DNA of 64,000 nt, from positions 52,221-116,220 of the IMG/VR virus record IMGVR_UViG_3300028027_000047. One strand, written 5' to 3'. The DNA is from a virus. The position numbers and the translations under genes are program-made. Numbering within the stretch: the first letter of the stretch is position 1; every line of letters starts with the position of its first letter. Positions 10,588-20,573 of this stretch are shown here, piece after piece. The notes below the pieces were generated by a model that was not told where the DNA came from, searched no databases, and worked only from the letters and a program-made list of their open reading frames with translations.

Positions 10588-10862
10588 TTTGTGCTAATAA
10601 GGAATGCGCTAAAGATTTTATTGGGAAAACCCATAATCAAAAATATTGTACAGATGAGTGTTGCAGAGTTGCAACAAATAAAAGAATCATGGAAAAGTAT
10701 TATGAAAAAAAAGCTATCAAAAAAGGTGCAGTCAGGTTATGTAAAACATGTAAATCTCAGCTTAGCAGATACAACTCAGATGAAGTTTGCTCTTCCTGTT
10801 TAAAGAAATCAAATTCTAAATCAAAGAAATTATTACAAGGAATAGTAGATGAAATTAGCTAG
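10584..10862 (+). CDS. cysteine-rich zinc-finger protein
   Basis: multiple CxxC motifs. Confidence 0.7.
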   Translation: MICANKECAKDFIGKTHNQKYCTDECCRVATNKRIMEKYYEKKAIKKGAVRLCKTCKSQLSRYNSDEVCSSCLKKSNSKSKKLLQGIVDEIS

Positions 10863-11415
10863 CCTCATAAAGACAAAAGCAAATAGGGTTTTAGGGATAG
10901 ATGCCTCAACCAACTCTATAGCCTTTTGTTTAATGGAAGACGATATTCCCCTAAAGTGGGGAAAGATAAATCTTGTTGGCGAAGATATATATGAAAAAAT
11001 TTATGATGCAAAAAACAAAATGGCAATGATGCTAGATGAATTAAAGAGTGATTATATTGCCGTAGAGGGTGCAATACTTGTCAGATCACCAGATGCTGTG
11101 ATAAAATTGTCTTATGTCTATGGAGTTGTTATTGCTGAGCTTATGTCTACTGGTGCTAAGGTTATTACTATTAGCCCATCATCGTGGCAGGCGTACATTG
11201 GCAACAAAAATCCTACGAAAGATGAGAAGTCTGCAATAAGGTTGGCTAATCCAGGTTATGCTGAGTCTTGGTATAAAAATCAGTTAAGAAATATGAGAAA
11301 GCAAAGAACTGCTGATTACTTTAATAAAAAATACGGTTTAGAAATTATAGATTTTGATGTTGCAGATAGCTTTGGAATTGCACACTATAGCAACCAGGTG
11401 CTTACTAAGCGATGA
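10849..11415 (+). CDS. ruvC: RuvC-like Holliday junction resolvase
   Basis: VLGIDAS, IAVEG, DVADSFGIA. Confidence 0.85.
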   Translation: MKLASLIKTKANRVLGIDASTNSIAFCLMEDDIPLKWGKINLVGEDIYEKIYDAKNKMAMMLDELKSDYIAVEGAILVRSPDAVIKLSYVYGVVIAELMSTGAKVITISPSSWQAYIGNKNPTKDEKSAIRLANPGYAESWYKNQLRNMRKQRTADYFNKKYGLEIIDFDVADSFGIAHYSNQVLTKR

Positions 11416-11558
11416 AACTTTATCAAAGCAAAGATTGGCTATACAGAAGATACATAGTTCAAAAGAAAACAGTTACAGAAATAGGTAAAGAGTGCGGGGT
11501 CTCTGCTATGACTATACAGAGATATTTACAAGAGTTTGGATTGTTGAGAAAAAAATGA
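11412..11558 (+). CDS. small HTH DNA-binding protein (48 aa)
   Basis: MKLYQSKDWLYRRY..KTVTEIGKECGVSAMTIQRYL, read manually; ATGA overlaps at both ends. Confidence 0.7.
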   Translation: MKLYQSKDWLYRRYIVQKKTVTEIGKECGVSAMTIQRYLQEFGLLRKK

Positions 11559-11881
11559 GTGAGTACCCAAATAAAGATGGCGGATACCAGGCTTGGATAA
11601 CAGACCTTCAGTTGATTGCAACAGATGCTCCTTCTGGACATAAAATCATTAGAGAGTGTTTAGAGATTTCAGAGATGCTCATAAAGAAGAATATATCATA
11701 TGGCAACTCTGCGCTTGATCCAATTCGTATATTTTCCAAGGCGGATTCAACAGAACAAATTCGTGTTCGTATTGATGATAAATTAAATAGAATTCAAAAT
11801 GATAAGGCGTTTCCTGGCGATAATGATATTGATGATTTAATAGGATATTTAATTCTTCTTAAAATAGCCAATAAGTCCTAG
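11555..11881 (+). CDS. DUF1599 / nucleotide-modification-associated domain-like protein
   Basis: KKNISYGNS...VRIDDKLNRI...DLIGYLIL. Confidence 0.7.
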   Translation: MSEYPNKDGGYQAWITDLQLIATDAPSGHKIIRECLEISEMLIKKNISYGNSALDPIRIFSKADSTEQIRVRIDDKLNRIQNDKAFPGDNDIDDLIGYLILLKIANKS

Positions 11882-11908
11882 TCAACTAAAACATGGTATA
11901 ATTTAATT

Positions 11909-12445
11909 ATGAATGAAATAGAGCCAGCGGTTCACTTTGACCGTATGAACAAGGTTGTAGAAGAGCTTTTAAAAGGTAATTCAGCAACTCAAATAGCTAC
12001 ACTTACAGGATTTTCCCGCAAAGAAGTTTTAGAGTATGTAGATGAATGGAAGTCTGTCGTGCATAACGATAGCAATATCCGTGATCGTGCTCGTGAAGCA
12101 ATATCTGGCGCAGACCAGCATTATGCAATGCTAATAAAAGAAGCCTGGAAAACAGTAGAGGATGCCGATACGCAAGGAGCGCTTGCGGTAAAATCTGGCT
12201 CTTTAAAGCTAATAGCCGATATAGAGACTAAAAGAATAGCCATGCTTCAGTCTGTAGGTGTTTTAGAAAACACTCAAATAGCTTCTCAAATTGCAGAGAC
12301 AGAACGCAAGCAGGAAATATTAGTTGGAATATTAAAAGAAGTGACTGCATCTTGTCCTAAATGTAAAATGGATGTTGCAAAAAGGCTCTCTCAAATTACT
12401 GGCATAGTTGAAGCAGTAATAATTGAGGATGCTGATGTCGTTTGA
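11909..12445 (+). CDS. putative terminase small subunit (N-terminal HTH)
   Basis: HTH SATQIATLTGFSRKEV, directly upstream of TerL. Confidence 0.55.
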   Translation: MNEIEPAVHFDRMNKVVEELLKGNSATQIATLTGFSRKEVLEYVDEWKSVVHNDSNIRDRAREAISGADQHYAMLIKEAWKTVEDADTQGALAVKSGSLKLIADIETKRIAMLQSVGVLENTQIASQIAETERKQEILVGILKEVTASCPKCKMDVAKRLSQITGIVEAVIIEDADVV

Positions 12446-14237
12446 TTTTTCAGATTTAATTGACATTTTAGATGGCGAAGAGTTTGAAGAAAAGCCAGTA
12501 GACCTTCGTACATTTGTCAACGACCCAAACTATCTAGGGCTCCCACCACTTTCAGATTATCAATACACTTTAATTGAAAAAAGCTCACAGATATATAAAG
12601 AAGCAACATTAAAAAAATTATTTGGAGACGAAGAAGGATCTATTAGATTTAAGCAAACGGCAAATGAAGTTGTAGCACAGCTTGGAAAAGGTTCTGGAAA
12701 AGACTACTGCTCAACAATTGCAGTTGCTTATATAGTGTATTTACTATTGTGTTTAAAAGACCCAGCAACATATTATGGCAAGCCGCCAGGAGATTCAATT
12801 GATATTATTAACATTGCTATTAACTCACAGCAAGCAAGCAATGTCTTTTTTAAAGGCTTTAGAAGCCGCATAGACAAATCCCCATGGTTCATTGGTAAAT
12901 ACTATGCCAAGGCATCAGAAATTCAGTTTAACAAGGCTATAACAGTGCATTCAGGGCACTCAGAGAGAGAGGCCTGGGAAGGCTACAACGTTTTAGTTGT
13001 AATCTTGGATGAAATTTCTGGCTTTGCAATTGACAATACAACTGGCCACGATCAAGCAAAAACAGGTAGTGCAGTTTATGATATGTATAGAGCATCAGTA
13101 GATTCCCGTTTTCCAGATTTTGGTAAAGTTATTCTTTTATCATTCCCTAGATTTAAGAATGATTACATACAGCAAAGATATGATGCGGTTGTAGGAGAAA
13201 AAGAAACTGTAATTAGGGACCACAAGTTTAAGATGTACGAGGAGCTCCCAGACGGTACAGAGGGAAATGAGTTTGAGATACAATGGGAAGAAGACCATAT
13301 CATATCTTATAAAATACCTAAAGTATATGCAATTAAGCGCCCAACTTGGGAGATTAACCCAGTTAGAAAAATTGACGATTTCAAAACAGCATTCTATACA
13401 AACCCGACAGATGCGCTTTCAAGATTTGCGTGTATGCCACCAGATGCAGTAGATGCATTTTTTAAATCTAGAGAAAAAGTAGAGAAAGCTTTTAACGTCG
13501 GATCGATTGCAGTCGATAACTTCGGAAGACTTGAAGAATGGTTTCTCCCAGACCCAGATAAAAAATATTATATACATGTAGACTTAGCACAAAAGCACGA
13601 CCATTGTGCTGTAACAATGGCGCATGTTAATAAATGGGTTAATGTAAAGGTGACTGACACCTATTCGCAGCCAGCTCCAATAGTAGAAGTTGATGCTGTA
13701 AGATACTGGACTCCAACCCCAGACAAATCAGTTGACTTTACAGAAGTTAAAGACTACATCCTTTCTCTTAAAACTAGAGGCTTTAACATAGCAATATGCA
13801 CCTTTGACAGATGGAACTCTCATGACATGATGCAACAACTAAAACAATATGGTATCAATACAGAGATTCTGTCTGTCGCTAAAAAACATTATGATGATAT
13901 GGCAATGATTGTAGCGGAAGAAAGGCTTATTGGTCCACATATACCCCTGCTTATAGATGAGCTTTGTCAGCTTAGGATTATGAGAGATAAGGTAGACCAC
14001 CCAAGAAAAGGATCTAAAGACTTGGCGGATGCTACATGTGGAGCAATATTTAATTCAATCAGCAGAACAAGGTTTGATAATAATCAAGAAATAAATATAC
14101 ATACATACGAATCAATGAACTATGATAATGACTTTGGGGCCAAAGATGACCCAGACACAACATCTTATAACATGATTAGGGCGCCAAGAATGCCTGAAGG
14201 TTTGAGAGAAGCAATGGACAGGATGCAAATACTATGA
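12435..14237 (+). CDS. terL: terminase large subunit
   Basis: GKGSGKD Walker A, VILDE Walker B, HVDLA nuclease motif, FDRWNS, KDLADA. Confidence 0.92.
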   Translation: MSFDFSDLIDILDGEEFEEKPVDLRTFVNDPNYLGLPPLSDYQYTLIEKSSQIYKEATLKKLFGDEEGSIRFKQTANEVVAQLGKGSGKDYCSTIAVAYIVYLLLCLKDPATYYGKPPGDSIDIINIAINSQQASNVFFKGFRSRIDKSPWFIGKYYAKASEIQFNKAITVHSGHSEREAWEGYNVLVVILDEISGFAIDNTTGHDQAKTGSAVYDMYRASVDSRFPDFGKVILLSFPRFKNDYIQQRYDAVVGEKETVIRDHKFKMYEELPDGTEGNEFEIQWEEDHIISYKIPKVYAIKRPTWEINPVRKIDDFKTAFYTNPTDALSRFACMPPDAVDAFFKSREKVEKAFNVGSIAVDNFGRLEEWFLPDPDKKYYIHVDLAQKHDHCAVTMAHVNKWVNVKVTDTYSQPAPIVEVDAVRYWTPTPDKSVDFTEVKDYILSLKTRGFNIAICTFDRWNSHDMMQQLKQYGINTEILSVAKKHYDDMAMIVAEERLIGPHIPLLIDELCQLRIMRDKVDHPRKGSKDLADATCGAIFNSISRTRFDNNQEINIHTYESMNYDNDFGAKDDPDTTSYNMIRAPRMPEGLREAMDRMQIL

Positions 14238-14488
14238 GCGAATATCAAGAGATGGCAAGGCAGTGTAAGTGTTGCACAAAGCATGTGCCTTTGCCAACCG
14301 TAATGAAGACATACAATGGGCTAATCGTATGCCCAACAACACTACAAAATATAATAGAGTACAACAGGCTGTGGGAGACTTTCGGATCAAGACCTATGGG
14401 CAGTATTAGAAAACATTTCTCCGAGTACGTACAGCAAATTGTAGAAAATCAATATTCAAATAAGGAAGGTATTAATGGAAATACTTGA
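14234..14488 (+). CDS. hypothetical protein
   Basis: 84-aa ORF coupled to terL. Confidence 0.65.
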   Translation: MSEYQEMARQCKCCTKHVPLPTVMKTYNGLIVCPTTLQNIIEYNRLWETFGSRPMGSIRKHFSEYVQQIVENQYSNKEGINGNT

Positions 14489-15131
14489 ACCATTTTTAGG
14501 ACTCCGCATATATAAAAATGCCATGCCTAACCCTAAAGATATACCAAAAAGACTTGAAGAGTTGCTATCAGTTAACCCAACTGAAATATTTAAATGGAAC
14601 GATGTAGCCGTTTCGTTTCGAAAAAAAGATCACAGCGTTAGAAATTGTGTAGACCATAAGGTAAATAAATTAAGCTTTAAGCTAATGTCTGAAGATAAAA
14701 AAGATTTAGAGATTGTATGGCAAGAGACAAAAGATGCAATAGTAGTATGTTTAAATGAATACATGGAACAGTTTGTAAATACACCGCCATTAAACTATAT
14801 GGAATCAATTAATTTTATAAAATATGAACCTGGCGCTTATTTTAAATCACATGTAGACCACGGACCATCTTACTCTTCTGTAGTTTCTTGTGTTGTATAT
14901 TTTAATGATGATTTTGAAGGCGGAGAGTTATCCTTCCCATATTTTGATAACTATACATATAAGCCAGAAGCTGGTGATATATTATTTTTTCCATCTAATA
15001 TTATGTATCTTCATGAAGCAAAAAGTGTAATTTCTGGCACAAAGTATTCTGCAGTTACAATGTTTGATTTTAATGATATAAACCATAGATTGCAAACTGG
15101 TGACAGGACCCCAGCAGTAAAAAACTATTGA
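14475..15131 (+). CDS. 2OG-Fe(II) oxygenase (prolyl-4-hydroxylase-like)
   Basis: HVD...YFNDDFEGGEL.F...HEA...GTKY. Confidence 0.9.
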   Translation: MEILEPFLGLRIYKNAMPNPKDIPKRLEELLSVNPTEIFKWNDVAVSFRKKDHSVRNCVDHKVNKLSFKLMSEDKKDLEIVWQETKDAIVVCLNEYMEQFVNTPPLNYMESINFIKYEPGAYFKSHVDHGPSYSSVVSCVVYFNDDFEGGELSFPYFDNYTYKPEAGDILFFPSNIMYLHEAKSVISGTKYSAVTMFDFNDINHRLQTGDRTPAVKNY

Positions 15132-15165
15132 CAAATCTAATTTATATTATATACTTAACAAACTA

Positions 15166-15239
15166 GCGACAGTAGCTTAGTTGGTTAAAGCCCCGAACTC
15201 ATAATTCGGTAATCGTAGGTTCGAGTCCTACCTGTCGCA
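15166..15239 (+). tRNA. tRNA-Met or tRNA-Ile2 (CAT)
   Basis: full cloverleaf; anticodon arm CCGAA-ctCATaa-TTCGG; T-loop TTCGAGT. Confidence 0.9.
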
Positions 15240-15243
15240 CAAT

Positions 15244-15316
15244 CCCTTCGTAGCTCAGAGGATAGAGCGAGGCTCTTCTAAGGCCTGCGTCGCACGTTCG
15301 AATCGTGCCGAGGGGG
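15244..15316 (+). tRNA. tRNA-Arg(TCT)
   Basis: cloverleaf; AGGCT-ctTCTaa-GGCCT. Confidence 0.9.
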
Positions 15317-15320
15317 CGTC

Positions 15321-15393
15321 GCCCCCCTAGCCCAGCGGTAGAGGCAGTGGACTTAAAATCCATACAGCACTGGTTCGAATCCAGTGGGGGGCA
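15321..15393 (+). tRNA. tRNA-Leu(TAA), short variable arm
   Basis: cloverleaf; GTGGA-ctTAAaa-TCCAT; 5-nt variable loop. Confidence 0.9.
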
Positions 15394-15397
15394 CAAA

Positions 15398-15470
15398 GCT
15401 TCTATAGCTCAGCTGGTAGAGCAGCAGACTTTTAATCTGCGGGTCGTTGGTTCGAAACCAACTGGAGGCA
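15398..15470 (+). tRNA. tRNA-Lys(TTT)
   Basis: cloverleaf; GCAGA-ctTTTaa-TCTGC. Confidence 0.92.
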
Positions 15471-15521
15471 CTAAATGGTATACTAATACTTTAATACCAA
15501 ATATACAATAGGAGAAGTAAA

Positions 15522-16100
15522 ATGGCAGCAGAACAGGGTACGGCAGCAAGATTAGTAGAGGTAGCACTAGCAGAAGTTGGCACTATCGAAGGTCCAAAAG
15601 AAAATGAAACGAAGTATGGTAAGTTTACAAAATCAAACTTTCAACCATGGTGCGGAAGTTTCTGTATGTGGGTGGCAGATCAGGCTGGCGTAAAGATTCC
15701 TAACACGGTTTACACACCAGCAGGAGCACAGGCATTTATTAAAGCAGGTGCATGGCAGATGGCAGAAGTAGCAACACCAGAAGTAGGAGATATTGCCTAT
15801 TTTGATTTCCCATCAGATGGCGTCGATAGAATTTCTCATGTAGGAATTGTTGTCGCAGTCAATACTGACGGAACGGTAGATGTTGTAGAAGGAAATACAT
15901 CTTCAGATAAGAAGGGCGATCAAAGAAATGGTGGAGAGTGTTGCCTTAAGAATCGTGCTTACAAAAAGAAGAACGGATCAAAGCTTCGCAGAAGCCAAAT
16001 CGTAGGAATTGTTGGATTTGGAAGACCATCATTTGGCAAGCCAGTAGTTAAAAAAACAGCAGCTCCAGCAAAGAAATCTGTAGTCAAGAAGACTAAGTAA
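15522..16100 (+). CDS. CHAP-domain peptidoglycan hydrolase (endolysin)
   Basis: PWCGSF, SHVGIV, VEGNT; Lys-rich tail. Confidence 0.88.
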   Translation: MAAEQGTAARLVEVALAEVGTIEGPKENETKYGKFTKSNFQPWCGSFCMWVADQAGVKIPNTVYTPAGAQAFIKAGAWQMAEVATPEVGDIAYFDFPSDGVDRISHVGIVVAVNTDGTVDVVEGNTSSDKKGDQRNGGECCLKNRAYKKKNGSKLRRSQIVGIVGFGRPSFGKPVVKKTAAPAKKSVVKKTK

Positions 16101-16507
16101 TGTACGAGTACTACGTTAGAAAAGTAGAAGGTGTAGTCGATGGGGATACAATTGATGTCCTCATCGACCTAGGCTTTGACATACTATTTGCATCAAGAGT
16201 AAGACTTGCTGGTATAGACACCCCAGAATCAAGAACTAAAGATTTGGCTGAAAAAAAGCTAGGACTTGAAGCAAAAGAGTATTTAAAATATAAGATAAAA
16301 GATGCCAAATCTGTTAAAATTAAAACAGAAAAAATGGACTCTTCTGAAAAATATGGAAGAATCCTAGGCTGGATATTTATTGATGACCAGACAACTTCAA
16401 TTAATGAGCAGATGATTTCAGATGGTTATGCCTGGGGATATCTTGGAGATACTAAGGTCAAGGACTTTGAAGCACTTGCTAAAGCAAGAGCAAAGTCTAA
16501 AAAATAA
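16100..16507 (+). CDS. thermonuclease (SNase-like)
   Basis: VVDGDT, VRLAGIDTPE, KYGRILG. Confidence 0.92.
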   Translation: MYEYYVRKVEGVVDGDTIDVLIDLGFDILFASRVRLAGIDTPESRTKDLAEKKLGLEAKEYLKYKIKDAKSVKIKTEKMDSSEKYGRILGWIFIDDQTTSINEQMISDGYAWGYLGDTKVKDFEALAKARAKSKK

Positions 16508-16594
16508 CTTGCAATCTTAGTTATCTAAATGCTATAATAGATTAGTACCTGCCAAAAGGGGGTACTAATTTAACTCGCTTAAAAGGAGCACAAA

Positions 16595-17011
16595 ATGGTA
16601 ACACAGTTCGCCATGGATCTTTTCAAAGATCCATTTTTTATTGGTTTCAACCGAGAGTTGGAACGATTCAATAGTCTTAGTAAAGTAAATAATACAGCAT
16701 TTCCGCCGTATGATTTATTGAAGTTAGACGAAGACAACTACCAGCTATCGCTGGCAGTTGCTGGATTTACAAGAGACGATTTAACTGTATCAATTGAAGA
16801 CGGAAGTCTTTGGATTACAGGTGAAATTACAGAAGTAACAGATGCAGAGGTTGTCCACAAGGGAATTGCTGCACGTAAGTTCACAAGAATCTTTGAACTA
16901 AGTGAATACATGGAAGTTTCAAATGTAGAGCTAAAAGACGGAATGCTACACATTCTTGTTGTTAGAAATCTACCAAAAGAAAAACAACCTAAAATTCTAA
17001 AAATTAAATAA
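16595..17011 (+). CDS. small heat-shock protein (Hsp20/IbpA family)
   Basis: FPPYDL, LAVAGF, HKGIAARKFTRIF, LKDGML. Confidence 0.92.
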   Translation: MVTQFAMDLFKDPFFIGFNRELERFNSLSKVNNTAFPPYDLLKLDEDNYQLSLAVAGFTRDDLTVSIEDGSLWITGEITEVTDAEVVHKGIAARKFTRIFELSEYMEVSNVELKDGMLHILVVRNLPKEKQPKILKIK

Positions 17012-17017
17012 TGTTGA

Positions 17018-17043
17018 GACCTGAGTATGTCCTAAAACTGCTC
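17018..17043 (+). ncRNA. compact pseudoknot motif, copy 1 of 3
   Basis: GAC-CTGAGTA-T-GTC-CTAAAAC-TGCTC, 6 nt after the Hsp20 stop. Confidence 0.55.
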
Positions 17044-17062
17044 ACTACATAATTGGAGTACA

Positions 17063-17659
17063 GTGGGATATATTAATGAGGATCGTGGTCTTGATGGAAG
17101 AAATCATGATACAGCTGTCCTGACTGCGGAGTTTACAATAGGACTTGCTATTGCTTCTTATAGAGGCATACCAATGTATTTAGAAAATCAGCGAAATCAT
17201 AAATGGATATTTAGCCAACAGCAGAGCCTTGATGGGAAAATGATTGCTGTAATTGGAAATGGCCATATTGGTAAAAGAATTCAAGCAATTAAATCATTTG
17301 CCCCAAGAGCTCAGGTAACTAATTTCTCAAGAACTGGTAGTGAAGGCTCATTAATTATAGATAAGTTCTTCCCAATGCTAGAAAGATTTGATATAATTAT
17401 AGTATTAGCAGAGCTAAATGATTCAACTCGAAACATGTTTAATAAAGATGTGTTTTCAAGAATGAAAAATGGATCTCTATTTATAAATATGAGCAAGGGT
17501 CCCATTGTAAATACAATGGACTTAGTAGAAGAGTTACATAAAAATAGAATATTTGCTGCAATTGATCAGGTTGATCCAGACCCACTTCCAGCAGACCACC
17601 CTTTATGGGATTGTCCGAATCTCATACTAACACCACACGTAGCGAGTAATGCAAAATAA
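17063..17659 (+). CDS. D-2-hydroxyacid dehydrogenase-like, NAD-binding domain (N-terminally truncated)
   Basis: GNGHIG Rossmann motif, MKNGSLFINMSKG, HPLWDCPNLILTPHVA. Confidence 0.8.
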   Translation: MGYINEDRGLDGRNHDTAVLTAEFTIGLAIASYRGIPMYLENQRNHKWIFSQQQSLDGKMIAVIGNGHIGKRIQAIKSFAPRAQVTNFSRTGSEGSLIIDKFFPMLERFDIIIVLAELNDSTRNMFNKDVFSRMKNGSLFINMSKGPIVNTMDLVEELHKNRIFAAIDQVDPDPLPADHPLWDCPNLILTPHVASNAK

Positions 17660-17847
17660 TGCCAGTATACGAATACAAATGTTCATATGACGAAGCTCAT
17701 GCTTCAATGTCCATACACAGATCAATCAAAGATGACGATCCAGGATACACTTGTGTAGAGTGTGAATCAGAAATGATAAGATTTTTTACTCCATTTGGCA
17801 TACAGTTTAAAGGTAATGGTTTTTACAAAACAGATAATCCTAAGTAG
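17659..17847 (+). CDS. FmdB-family zinc-ribbon protein
   Basis: MPVYEYKC...CVEC...FKGNGFYKTD. Confidence 0.85.
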   Translation: MPVYEYKCSYDEAHASMSIHRSIKDDDPGYTCVECESEMIRFFTPFGIQFKGNGFYKTDNPK

Positions 17848-17914
17848 TTTAAACTAACATTCTGCTATAATTAACAGGTAAGCAAAAATATTGCATTACC
17901 TGGGGGTCCCTTAG

Positions 17915-20092
17915 TTGACTAAGAAGTTAAGAATATTTACAGCCTTCCTACTCTCAGTGGGTTGGCTTTTTGCTGGTCCCTCCCAAGCTAATGCTGCAGA
18001 CACACTAATAAACGGATCCTTCTCGTCAACTGGCGGAGGATGGTCTGGAGCAAATATTACTGGGGCTGTAAATAATAATGATGCCTGCGCTGATGCTGGA
18101 CCAAGCCTTGGAGTTTGGCAAGAGAATGCTTTAGTTATGTCATACGGCACAGACAGGCCAGTCACACAAGTAGTAGTAATATCTCAACCTTCATCTGTAG
18201 TATTTACAGTAAATGCTCGGAACAGATCAGATGTTCCTGGGGCACAAGCAACAATTAGACTTCAAGACTCTAATCAAAATAATTCAACAGGCGGCAACTA
18301 TTCTACTAGTGGAATTAATAAAACGCTAACAGTAACAACCACATCTCCAAATGAAAATGTAACAATAACAATAAGCGGAACAGACGGATTAGGCTGGGCT
18401 GGATGCTACGGAACTATATTTACTAATGCCTCTTTATCTGTGACACCAACAGTTGTTAAAACCATTGGAGCCCCAAGAAATTTAACTATATCTAGCAATG
18501 AAACATCAACCGTCCTGTCCTGGCAAGCACCAGATACTGGTAACACACAGCCAGAAAGATATGCTATAAGTTTTAATTGCTCTGGGTGTAATGGCTGGGG
18601 AATTGCAACTGGAAATGTTGGCGGACCAAATTCTTTAAACACAACAATTACAATTGATCACTCCTTGTTAGACGGACTTCGCCCTGCAGGAACCGTATGG
18701 TCATTCCATATTAGATCAGATAACGACACGTTTGCTCTTTACTCTGCAAACTCAAATGTTGTTACTGGGTCTACATATGTAGCACCAACCCCCACACCAG
18801 AGCCTTCACCGACACCAACCCCCACACCAACCCCAACACCAGAACCTAGTCCAACTCCTACGCCTACACCAACTCCTACACCAACTCCCGAACCTTCACC
18901 AACGCCCGTTACAACAACGACTCCAGATCCAGGGCCAGTTACAGTAGCACCGACTGGGCCAACTGAAGCAGAAATTGCAGCACAGGCAGCAGCACAGGCA
19001 GCAGCACAGGCAGCACAGGCAGCAGCAAATGCCGCAGCGTTAGCAGCAGCACAGGCACAAGCCGAAGCACAAATTGCAGCAACAACCGCAGCGCAAGCAG
19101 CAGCGCAAGCAGCAGAAGCAGCAAGAATAGAGGCTGAAACAGCAGCATTAATTGCACAGCAAGCAGCAGCAGCAAAAGCAGAGGCTGATAGAATTGCTGC
19201 AGAAGAAGCAGCTAAAGAAGCAGCAAGAATTAAAGCAGAGGCGGAACTAAAAGAAAAGGCTGACCGTGAAGCAGCGGAGATTGAAGCAGCAAGAATTAAA
19301 GCAGAAGCAGAAGCCAAAGAAGAAGCAGATCGTATTGCAGCAGAAGTTAAAGCAGCAGAAGAAAAAGCAGAAGCAGAGGCTAAGGCAGAGTCTGATCGTA
19401 TAGAAGCAGAGCGTATAGCGGAAGAAAAAAGAATTGCTGAAGAAGCAGAAGCAGAGCGTATAGCAGCAGAAGAAGAAGCAATTGCAGAAACAAAGAAAGA
19501 AGCAGAGGCTAAAGCACTTGCAGAAGAAGAAAAAATTGCAGAAGAGTTAGCGGCAATTAAAGAAGAAGAAGAAAAGGTTGTCGAAGAAATAGAAAAAGCT
19601 GTAGAGTCTGGTAAAGAATTAACTGAAGAGCAAAAAGATATTGTAGTAGCGGCATTAATAGAAACATTGGCACCAGGAGAATCAATTTCAGTAGCAGAAG
19701 TTGTAGCAGCTGGGGTTGAACTTAAAGATTTGCCACCAGATACTCCAATTGAAGTTAGAACATCAGAGTCTGGCGAAGTTTTAATTATTACCGCTGAGGT
19801 AGCAGCAAATATTGAATTAGTTACAGATCCAGGAGCATTGGTAGAAGCAATATTTACAGATCCACAGGCAGCACTTGCTGCTATTGGAAGCATAGGCGCT
19901 GACATGACGGATGAGGAAAGAACAGAAGCAACCGAGATGGTTGTAGCAACAGTTGTAGCAACAGGTGCAGCATTGAATGCTGTAAGTGCCGCTACAGGAA
20001 CCACTGGAGGATCCACAGGCAGTAGTTCTGGAGGATCAGGTGGTGGAGGAGCCTCTGGCGATTCCAAGGGAATAAGGAGAAGAAGACCATGA
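17915..20092 (+). CDS. large exported/surface protein (beta domain, FN3-like domain, Pro-Thr linker, Ala/Glu coiled coil)
   Basis: signal peptide ending ANA; GAPRNL...LSWQAP FN3 motif; (PT)n repeats; EAARIKAEAE repeats. Confidence 0.75.
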   Translation: MTKKLRIFTAFLLSVGWLFAGPSQANAADTLINGSFSSTGGGWSGANITGAVNNNDACADAGPSLGVWQENALVMSYGTDRPVTQVVVISQPSSVVFTVNARNRSDVPGAQATIRLQDSNQNNSTGGNYSTSGINKTLTVTTTSPNENVTITISGTDGLGWAGCYGTIFTNASLSVTPTVVKTIGAPRNLTISSNETSTVLSWQAPDTGNTQPERYAISFNCSGCNGWGIATGNVGGPNSLNTTITIDHSLLDGLRPAGTVWSFHIRSDNDTFALYSANSNVVTGSTYVAPTPTPEPSPTPTPTPTPTPEPSPTPTPTPTPTPTPEPSPTPVTTTTPDPGPVTVAPTGPTEAEIAAQAAAQAAAQAAQAAANAAALAAAQAQAEAQIAATTAAQAAAQAAEAARIEAETAALIAQQAAAAKAEADRIAAEEAAKEAARIKAEAELKEKADREAAEIEAARIKAEAEAKEEADRIAAEVKAAEEKAEAEAKAESDRIEAERIAEEKRIAEEAEAERIAAEEEAIAETKKEAEAKALAEEEKIAEELAAIKEEEEKVVEEIEKAVESGKELTEEQKDIVVAALIETLAPGESISVAEVVAAGVELKDLPPDTPIEVRTSESGEVLIITAEVAANIELVTDPGALVEAIFTDPQAALAAIGSIGADMTDEERTEATEMVVATVVATGAALNAVSAATGTTGGSTGSSSGGSGGGGASGDSKGIRRRRP

Positions 20093-20268
20093 TAAAGAAA
20101 ATAATAAAAGATATGATAGATCAACTTTGGACACTTCTAGGTATGTTTATTGCCTGGGTAGTCCTTGATGGTTCTGCAAAAACAGTAGTAGGTTATGCAA
20201 TTGTAGGTACATTAATTGCATGGGGAATTACATACCCAATTAGAAATAAAGAATGGGATGAAGAATAA
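20089..20268 (+). CDS. small two-TM membrane protein (59 aa)
   Basis: read manually; two hydrophobic segments; coupled at both ends. Confidence 0.6.
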   Translation: MIKKIIKDMIDQLWTLLGMFIAWVVLDGSAKTVVGYAIVGTLIAWGITYPIRNKEWDEE

Positions 20269-20558
20269 TGGCAAAGGCATATATTGAAGAGCCAACACAG
20301 GTAGGTTCAGGAGCAATTGCAAACATTAATAATATTGTAATGCGAATAATTGCAGTATTTGCTGCATCTGGATTATCCGTAATTGGAGCAGGAGCAATAG
20401 TAGGAATTGAAACCTACAAAGCAGTTATATTAGCAGGTACTCTTGGCGTTGCCACCGTAGTTGAAAGGCTTGCACGAGGTTTCCTAGACGACGGGAAATT
20501 AACGGTAGCAGAAATAAATGCTGCCTTCTTAGCAGTAGATAAAAAAGCTTCTAAGTAA
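20268..20558 (+). CDS. membrane protein, possible holin
   Basis: two hydrophobic helices, DDGKLT..E tail. Confidence 0.55.
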   Translation: MAKAYIEEPTQVGSGAIANINNIVMRIIAVFAASGLSVIGAGAIVGIETYKAVILAGTLGVATVVERLARGFLDDGKLTVAEINAAFLAVDKKASK

Positions 20559-20573
20559 TGCTATAATTAGACT

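Noticed and set aside
548-14237. Inteins or introns in DnaB, DnaE, RecA or TerL
   Set aside because: Lengths are normal, motifs are contiguous, and no splice-junction or LAGLIDADG signatures were seen
15199-15511. ORFs 15199-15396 and 15305-15511
   Set aside because: They overlap four well-formed tRNA genes
18739-20124. 461-aa minus-strand ORF (and 27092-27730 minus-strand ORFs)
   Set aside because: Shadow frames of GCA-rich low-complexity + strand genes
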